Assembly: GCF_001194135.2 (NCBI RefSeq)
Contig: NC_068997.1
Span: 21,158,302 to 21,222,153, forward strand
Length of the DNA stretch: 63,852 nt
DNA from: Octopus bimaculoides
Lineage: Eukaryota
Reading direction: 5' to 3'
The notes beneath the pieces were generated by a model, which was not told the DNA's origin, did no database searches, and saw nothing but the letters and a program-made list of their open reading frames with translations. Made by a program: the position numbers and the translations under genes. Below, piece by piece: positions 55,130-63,852 of this stretch (positions within the stretch are counted from its first letter, which is position 1; each line of letters opens with the position of its first letter).

Positions 55130-55630
55130 GTGAACTGGAGTGGATAATGAGTGTGATAGAGTGAGTTGAGTATTAGGGTATGCGTGAGCTGAGCGTTGGC
55201 TGAAAAAACTTGAGTGGTTAGAGAGGTGAATTAAATGGTGAGTGAACTGTGACTAAAGTGTGGAGTAAGACGTAACTGGTATGGTGAGTTAAGTATTACT
55301 TGAATGCTTAATATGGTGACTTGAGTTGAGTGTTGGCTGTAATAAAATTTGAGTGAGACTTGTGTTTTGGGCGAGATAACTTGAATGGTTAATGAAGGAA
55401 TTTGACTGTTGGGTGAGGTGATTTAACAGATTACTGGAGTGTGACTTGAGTGATGAGGGAAGAGTGACATCAATGATTAGTGAAACGTGACATCAATGTT
55501 TAGTGAAGTGTGACTTGGATGGTTTGTAGGTCGACTTGAGTGTCGGCTGAAGTTGAAGGATGAGTTGGGTATGGCGCGAGTGAGTGGGACTTAAGTGTCG
55601 AGTGAATGACTTGAGTCAATGAGTTACGTA
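55130..55630. repeat. Degenerate G/T-skewed repeat built on a GTGACTTGAGT-like motif
   Basis: Motif or variants recur many times, e.g. near 55317, 55441, 55510, 55533 and 55607. Confidence 0.65.
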
Positions 55631-55959
55631 GGCTTTGGGGGGAATTCTGGCTGAGGTAACCGAGTGACGATGTTCGATATGATGACGATTTAGGATGACG
55701 GCGATGAAAGTGGTAGTGGTGCGGTGGCGGTGTGGGGAATGAAGGGATGTGATGTAGGGAGTAGGAGTCAAGGCGTGGTGGTGGTGGTGGTGTGAGATAA
55801 GTGTAGCACAATGGCGGGGTGGTGGTACAGAGTCGAAATGGCGCATTAAAGCATGGCGGCGGATTAGAAATTCATCCTGTGGGAAATTTAGAGAAAGCTT
55901 TCATAGCTTTCTGTTCACACTTCTACCTCTATACCTTTACTTACACACACACACACACA

Positions 55960-55991
<32 letters not shown>

Positions 55992-56589
55992 TACACACAC
56001 ACACACTCACACACACACGCGCGCACACACATTCATGTAAAAATATACACATGTACTAAATCCTACATATACAACAACATGTATGTATGTTTGNNNNNNN
56101 NNNNNNNNNNNNNNNNNNNNNNNNNNNNNNNNNNNNNNNNNNNNNNNNNNNNNNNNNNNNNNNNNNNNNNNNNNNNNNNNNNNNNNNNNNNNNNNNNNNN
56201 NNNNNNNNNNNNNNNNNNNNNNNNNNNNNNNNNNNNNNNNNNNNNNNNNNNNNNNNNNNNNNNNNNNNNNNNNNNNNNNNNNNNNNNNNNNNNNNNNNNN
56301 NNNNNNNNNNNNNNNNNNNNNNNNNNNNNNNNNNNNNNNNNNNNNNNNNNNNNNNNNNNNNNNNNNNNNNNNNNNNNNNNNNNNNNNNNNNNNNNNNNNN
56401 NNNNNNNNNNNNNNNNNNNNNNNNNNNNNNNNNNNNNNNNNNNNNNNNNNNNNNNNNNNNNNNNNNNNNNNNNNNNNNNNNNNNNNNNNNNNNNNNNNNN
56501 NNNNNNNNNNNNNNNNNNNNNNNNNNNNNNNNNNNNNNNNNNNNNNNNNNNNNNNNNNNNNNNNNNNNNNNNNNNNNNNNNNNNNNNNT

Positions 56590-56772
56590 GTGTGTGTGCA
56601 TATGTGTGTGTATACGTCCACTTTTCCACATTACCATTTTCCTAACTCTATATATATATATCTGTCTATCTATCTCTCTTATGTATCTAGGTATCTCATA
56701 TACAGATGTGCGTGTGCGAGTGTGCGAGTGTATGAGTATCTATATGTATATACGTCTATCTATCTATCTATT

Positions 56773-56836
<64 letters not shown>

Positions 56837-57196
56837 TATCTATCTATTTATCTATCTACCTTTATATATATATATAGTCACTATTTTGCTCTTACCTACG
56901 CTCACGTGCAAAATCACCTAAATTTTCATCAGTGTTAGATCATGCTCACACCATAAAATACACTGAAACACACGCATGTACGCAAGTGTGCACATACATG
57001 CATACATACATACATATGTGTGCATATACGCATGTGTATAAGTGTATGAATATGCTCATGTGTCTTTCTGTATGCACATGTATCTGCATGCAGGTACATG
57101 TGTGTACATGAATATATGCGTACGTCTGTAAGTATGTACATGTTTTATATATACATACTATGTATATGTGTGTATGTATGTAACAGTAAAGGCATG

Positions 57197-57262
<66 letters not shown>

Positions 57263-57901
57263 TATATGCATTTATATGTATATAAATGCAAATTTGTAGG
57301 TATAATCTATGTGTGTGTGTGCATATGTATGTATGTGTATACATGTGCGCGCAAGATTATGTGTCGGTATGTATTTGTACATATTTTCCATCCATTATAC
57401 ATACACAAGCGAATAGAGTACACAAAAATATATATTGATGTATACATAAATGCATATTACATCGTCATACGCAATCATACAATGATACCCGCGTTCATAT
57501 ATACGTCCTGTATTTTTTTCCTATTTTTTCACCCACGCCCCTCTATCTTTCTCTCTCTCTCTCTGTAAACTCCCACATACACACATACACACACAAGCAT
57601 AAATATATTTCCATACAAAATCATTGACACATACATTTGCCAATATATAATACGCAAACATTGAAGCTTTTTACTTCATCTTTCCGAGCTTTTATTTGAC
57701 TGGAGTTCCCCGCTTTTTTTCTTTGTCGACTACCAATTTTTCGCGGCTTTTTACTGCATGCCGCGCACCACACATATACACATCACAAACAAATACACAT
57801 CACATTGATAAACACACACACACACATGTGCAGACACATACACACACGCATAAAAATGTGCACGCTCATACATTTATACATACACCTGCACGTGTATGCA
57901 C

Positions 57902-57945
<44 letters not shown>

Positions 57946-58247
57946 AAAGATATATAAATACAATGCACATGTATAGGTGCACATACATAGATGCATATAT
58001 TCACATACAAATATGTATGCACACACACACACACACTCATATATATATGTGTGTATATGCACTTATAGTTGCATATATATGCATATATATACGCACACAT
58101 ATGTAAACATACACATAAATATATACATGCATACACACATAAACATGTATATATATACACACACATATGCATACACATACACATGCATACACATACATGC
58201 ACATACATACGCATACACATACACATTCATGCATACACATACATATA
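56590..58247. repeat. Long alternating purine-pyrimidine mosaics (AT/AC/GT/GC) with short unique interruptions
   Basis: Directly visible. Confidence 0.9.
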
Positions 58248-59027
58248 NNNNNNNNNNNNNNNNNNNNNNNNNNNNNNNNNNNNNNNNNNNNNNNNNNNNN
58301 NNNNNNNNNNNNNNNNNNNNNNNNNNNNNNNNNNNNNNNNNNNNNNNNNNNNNNNNNNNNNNNNNNNNNNNNNNNNNNNNNNNNNNNNNNNNNNNNNNNN
58401 NNNNNNNNNNNNNNNNNNNNNNNNNNNNNNNNNNNNNNNNNNNNNNNNNNNNNNNNNNNNNNNNNNNNNNNNNNNNNNNNNNNNNNNNNNNNNNNNNNNN
58501 NNNNNNNNNNNNNNNNNNNNNNNNNNNNNNNNNNNNNNNNNNNNNNNNNNNNNNNNNNNNNNNNNNNNNNNNNNNNNNNNNNNNNNNNNNNNNNNNNNNN
58601 NNNNNNNNNNNNNNNNNNNNNNNNNNNNNNNNNNNNNNNNNNNNNNNNNNNNNNNNNNNNNNNNNNNNNNNNNNNNNNNNNNNNNNNNNNNNNNNNNNNN
58701 NNNNNNNNNNNNNNNNNNNNNNNNNNNNNNNNNNNNNNNNNNNNNNNNNNNNNNNNNNNNNNNNNNNNNNNNNNNNNNNNNNNNNNNNNNNNNNNNNNNN
58801 NNNNNNNNNNNNNNNNNNNNNNNNNNNNNNNNNNNNNNNNNNNNNNNNNNNNNNNNNNNNNNNNNNNNNNNNNNNNNNNNNNNNNNNNNNNNNNNNNNNN
58901 NNNNNNNNNNNNNNNNNNNNNNNNNNNNNNNNNNNNNNNNNNNNNNNNNNNNNNNNNNNNNNNNNNNNNNNNNNNNNNNNNNNNNNNNNNNNNNNNNNNN
59001 NNNNNNNNNNNNNNNNNNNNNNNNNNN

Positions 59028-59069
<42 letters not shown>

Positions 59070-59379
59070 GAAGAGAGAGAGAGAGAGAGAGAAATGGGAG
59101 ACACAGAGAGAGAGAGATAGATAGATAGAGAGCAGAAGAGAGGTTGGGGATAGGAGGATAAACTGGATGGCGTGGGGGGTTTATTATAGTGTTGCTAAGG
59201 AAGATGGGTGATCAAGCTAGGCAGCCAGAATTCCTGGCTAAAATTACTCCAAGAATCACGACCTACGTTTGGAAAGGCTTCTTTTGATCATAGATTGCTC
59301 TGACCATAAAATTTCCATGCAGAGAGTTGGTTTCCATGTGTATAAACCGGTATTATACTAGCTAATGAGCATGACTGAG

Positions 59380-59510
59380 GGCGATAAAAAGGAAAAGGTG
59401 GAGGGGGAGAAGTGGAAATAACAAAACTTATGCCGGAAGTCGACAAATCTCTGAGAGAGGCAGTTCCAGGAAGAGGATGGCGCGTAATGTCAGCGCCAAA
59501 CTGTGTGCCG
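59380..59510. promoter_or_regulatory. Possible promoter/enhancer motif cluster (ETS and YY1-like)
   Basis: CCGGAAGT at 59433-59440, CAGGAAG at 59467, GATGGCGCG at 59476, locally CpG-rich. Motifs only. Confidence 0.2.
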
Positions 59511-60069
59511 AGTAGAGATTATATACATACATGCATTGCATATGTATATATATATATATATNNNNNNNNNNNNNNNNNNNNNNNNNNNNNNNNNNNNNNN
59601 NNNNNNNNNNNNNNNNNNNNNNNNNNNNNNNNNNNNNNNNNNNNNNNNNNNNNNNNNNNNNNNNNNNNNNNNNNNNNNNNNNNNNNNNNNNNNNNNNNNN
59701 NNNNNNNNNNNNNNNNNNNNNNNNNNNNNNNNNNNNNNNNNNNNNNNNNNNNNNNNNNNNNNNNNNNNNNNNNNNNNNNNNNNNNNNNNNNNNNNNNNNN
59801 NNNNNNNNNNNNNNNNNNNNNNNNNNNNNNNNNNNNNNNNNNNNNNNNNNNNNNNNNNNNNNNNNNNNNNNNNNNNNNNNNNNNNNNNNNNNNNNNNNNN
59901 NNNNNNNNNNNNNTATATATATATATATATATATATACATATATACATATATATTTGTATGTATGTATGTATGTATATGTATAAAATATTGTTTCCATTT
60001 CTATCAACACCAACATCATAATCATCATCATTACCGTCATTTTCATCGTTGTAAGGGGCTATGTTTTCC

Positions 60070-60102
<33 letters not shown>

Positions 60103-60107
60103 CATCA

Positions 60108-60141
<34 letters not shown>

Positions 60142-60149
60142 CATCATCA

Positions 60150-60193
<44 letters not shown>

Positions 60194-60611
60194 GTGTTGA
60201 TGTTGATGCCATTGTTGTTGCTAACGTCAGTTTTTGAAGTGGATGCAGTTTCAACACTCTTGTTATCAAGATTATTTGAGGCTGTACTCCAGCCTGGCCG
60301 CAGTCCTACTACTAGAAGAATCATTGAAAAAATATATATATAAAAGACTATCCTTCAAACTCGTCAGTGTCACAATGATCATCATCGTATTATCATATTA
60401 CTTGATCATTCCCCCTCCTCCTTCTCATCTTCATCGTCGTTGTCGTCGTCAGATTTATGATCATAAACAAGGGCAATTTTCATTACATGCATCACTACCT
60501 CCTCCCCCTCTCTTCCTCTTCGTCATCATCATCATCACCATCATCAACATCAGCATGATCAATACTATGTTGTTGTTTAGCCCCTTATATCTGCACCCAT
60601 AAAACAGTTCC

Positions 60612-60835
60612 CGTACTTGTTCCAGTCATTGGATTGCAACCATGCCGGGGCACTACTTCGACGGTTTTACTCAATTAAATTTATATAAGATATTTATTCT
60701 ATCGGTCTTTTTTTTGCCGAACTGCGAGCTTACAAAGACATAAACAAACAAGGTGTCGCGTAGCGGGGCTGAACTCAAAACCGTATGGTCACAGAGTGAG
60801 CTTCTTAACCAAACGGTCGTGTGTGTTAATATTGT
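60612..60835 (-). mobile_element. Degenerate, internally deleted SINE-A
   Basis: GTACTTGTTCCAGTCATTGGATTGC tail, TATTCTATCGGTCTTTTTTTGCCGAAC, GAGCTTCTTAACCAAACGG head remnant. Confidence 0.7.
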
Positions 60836-60877
60836 TGGAGGGTATCAGTCTGGTCGCAATTTAATTTTAAAAATTAG

Positions 60878-61600
60878 TATCAGCCTGGTGCAAAAATATT
60901 TGCGGTTTTTTAACCACCGTTTTAAAGAAATATATCTTCGCTTAGAATGAATTTTTTTATTAATCGGAAATTTGTAGATTTTAACAATTATTATTACCAT
61001 TAAAAAATTTAAGCTATTTTCTCCATCGGGAGCCATGTCTATTTATTCTTGTAGTGTGAAATTCTTCATTCTATGAACCTATAAATTCTTCGAAAGCGTT
61101 TGAGCAGCTTCTTGGTTGTTGAAAATCTCTTTTTGCAGAAAATTATTGAAATATTTCAAAAAGTGGTAGTTGGTGAGCGAGAGAGAGAGGGAGAAAGAGG
61201 GGGAGGTGTGGGGGAGTAACTTGTGTGAGTAAACAGTTTCGTAGACATGTTCGTTCATTTTCTGACCACTTATTTTCGAGACAACCGGTCAGACGTTGTC
61301 ATGGGGAAGAATTTGTACTTTTCGATTGATCAATAGCACACATAAGTGCTGCAATTCTTGATGTATATTGTCGATTTCTTGGCAATATTTCTCACAGTAA
61401 TAGTTTCATTAGGATTCAAGAATTGCAGTAGATTATTCCACCTGATGCCCACCCTATAGCTGCTATAACCTTTTAATGAAACTTTAGTCTGGTGAAGTGT
61501 TCTGGTGTTTTACCTTGGTGCAGCCATCCGTAAAACGGTGCTTGTTGTCGAATGGAATCTATTTTTGGTCACTTTTCACAACACGATCCAAAAATAGATT
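60878..61600 (-). mobile_element. Decayed, 5'-truncated mariner (Tc1/mariner, DD34D) transposon
   Basis: TA then TCAGCCTGGTGCAAAAATATTTGCGGTTTTT resembles the Hsmar1-type TIR (recalled); transposase remnant on the minus strand. Confidence 0.88.
61010..61595 (-). pseudogene. Mariner transposase catalytic-domain pseudogene
   Basis: Fragments FLDRVVKSDQK*IPFDN, FLNPNETIT, EKYCQEIDNIHQELQ, ILPHDNV*P, YSP(H)L, SLTNYHFLKYFNNFLQ parallel FLDRIVTCDEKW, HDNARPH and YSPDLSPTDYHFFKHLDNFLQ; stops and frameshifts present. Confidence 0.88.
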
Positions 61601-61626
61601 TTTGCTTATTAAACTACAGCACTTAC

Positions 61627-61792
61627 TGTGAACCTCAAGATTTTAACTACTGTTATCGAATACTCTGATCCTGTATTTCTTAAAGCGAAGTGCAACATCT
61701 TCAAATAACGCGAGAACCAATCAGGAGGTGGAAGCCATAGTTTCTTTTGTTGTTGCGTTTATATTGTGTTTTTGTTGGAGTGGCTGCCGTAC
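61627..61792 (-). other. Candidate 166-nt exon (5' UTR plus possible start codon; unverified)
   Basis: Acceptor TTTTCTTTTTATTTCCAG|G and donor CACA|GTAAGT; an internal ATG opens 24 codons that end in phase 0 at the donor. Confidence 0.3.
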
Positions 61793-62025
61793 CTGGAAAT
61801 AAAAAGAAAAGGAGGATCCTTCGGCAGCCTCTAGAAAAAGAAAACAAAGTGTCTGATAAGAGTGGAATATCCTCAATGTATGCTCAAGTATTTCAGCTAA
61901 TCCCTTTCAATACCAGTGAACCAGCTGACAGGATTCAGCGCAAAGAGGCTTTCAAGATATGTGCACTTAGTAAAGAATATCTCTCCCCCTCTCTCTCTAA
62001 CTCTCTCTCCGCCTCTCTTCCTCTC

Positions 62026-62106
<81 letters not shown>

Positions 62107-63207
62107 TTCTTTCTCTTCCTCATATATTTGAATCAGTATTTAATTCTCTTAGTTTATGATCTGGCTTCGCAAATGCTTTTATATTTTGATAAATTTGTAA
62201 ATCAAAAATTTAACCAGACCGGCATGGATCTTCAATCAGATAAATAAGGAACTAATAGTGTGCTATTAAATCCCTTTCTAATATCTAACTTAATAGTTGT
62301 AATTTTTTTTAAACTACCGATCAAGAGGTGAGAGGAAGATGAAGAAATTTTGAGATGGTTTGAGCCTTTAAAAAGGCGAAGAGCTTCTGATGAGAAACAT
62401 CGAACATAGTATTAGATAGATAGACAGATAGATACCTTAAATAGTTCGATAGATCTTCAATGGCTTCTTATTGTTTTCTTATATTTTGTTTTCATATCTC
62501 TCTATCTATACATGTGTGTGTGCACACGCGCGCGTGTGTATGTGTGTATTTTTCTTTTATTCACACAGAATCTCCTGTCGATTTTAACATATTAGTGTCA
62601 AGCTGTCCAGTTAACTACGTGATCTCCACATTGGCAGAGCTGTTAGAGAATCTGACTGTATGATATTTAATGTAGTTGTTTGCGGCCTGAGTTCAAGTCC
62701 TACCTCGGGTCAATTTTGCTCAATAGATAAAGATATAAAATATCATTTTAGATCGGAGGAGAAGCTGAATGTTAGAGGAGGGTTGAAATTCCTTGTATTT
62801 TCTCTACCTTTGTAGGTTCTGAAAAATGTATTTTTCGACAGCCAATAAAAAGAATGCTGCGGTTCGAAAATCCTCAAGCATTTCAGTAGATCACTCTCGT
62901 TTCTGGCACACCAGCAGACAGAATACAAGTGGATTTTCAATAATTGAACACACAAAGAACAATATCTCTCTTATGGATATAATACTATAGTATATTCAAC
63001 GTATTTGGTTACATGATGTACATGGACATACGTGTGAGAGTTGATATTTTGTGTTTGATTTTATTGACAAGTCTAGACCAGTTATTATTTGCTTTTCATT
63101 TGCTATCACATATCTGTTCCATAATTTCATGCGTTCTTCTTTCCTTTCTGCATGGAATCATACAACTTCAAGCGGATCAAAATTACATCAAACTAATTAT
63201 TATATAA

Positions 63208-63852
63208 GCCAAGACCCCCCGTGCTCCACTGGTAATTATTTCATCGACACCGAAGAGTAAAAGGCAAAGTCGGCCTCGGCGGAATGTGAAATGCCAATAA
63301 TAGTAATAATAATAATAATAATAGTAATAATCCTTTCTACCGGAAGCACAAGGCCTCAAATTTGAGGAAGGGGTTAAGTCGATTACTTATTTAACTGACC
63401 CCGAAAGGATGAAAGGCTAAGTCGACCTCGGCGGAATTTGAACTAAGAACGTAAAGACAGACGAAATACCGCAGAGCATTTCGCTCGGCGTGCAAACGAT
63501 TCTGCCAGCTCGGCGCCTTCGTATATAATAATAATAATAATAATAATAACGGTTTCAAATTTTGCCACAAGGCCAGCAATTTTAGGGAAGGGCATAAGTC
63601 GATTTTATCGACCCCAGTGCGTAAGTGGAACTTATTTAATCGACCCGAAAGGATGAAAGGCAAAGCCGACCCCGGCGGAATTTGAACTCAGAACGTAGCG
63701 GCGGCTGAAATACCTCTAAGCATTTCGCCCGGAGCGCTAACGATTCTGCCAGCTCGCTGCCTTGATAATAATATAATAATAATAATTTCAAATTTTGCCA
63801 CAAGGACAGCTTGGGGAAGATGATTAAGACGATTACAACGACCCCAGTGTGT
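63208..63852 (-). mobile_element. Head-to-tail array of four SINE-B copies (partial 63208-63290, 63331-63519, 63551-63763, 63786 to window end)
   Basis: Each has CCGAAAGGATGAAAGGC-type body and/or a B tail end; copies are separated only by (AAT)n spacers. Confidence 0.92.

Noticed and set aside
62816-62890. Strong plus-strand acceptor followed by a 24-codon open frame
   Set aside because: No good donor and no homology; isolated splice-like signals are common here.

Overview
Eukaryotic, AT-rich, non-coding DNA from a gapped short-read assembly (about 20 N-runs, nearly all bordered by microsatellites). The repeat content (tRNA-derived SINE families with CORE-like segments, an RTE LINE derivative, a mariner relic and very dense AT/GT/AG/AAT/ATC/AGAT microsatellites) matches my recollection of Octopus (coleoid cephalopod) genomes; the species call is inference. 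No confidently identifiable host protein-coding gene is present. Most ORFs in the track are artefacts of simple repeats or N-runs. Well supported: many copies of several SINE families (labelled A to F here; the labels are mine), an internally deleted RTE element, a decayed mariner transposon and many simple repeats. Best leads: an 80-nt pre-miRNA/MITE-like hairpin at 48.4 kb, a bipartite non-autonomous RTE, a chimeric SINE, head-to-tail SINE arrays inside (ATT)n tracts, and a speculative in-phase minus-strand exon chain.
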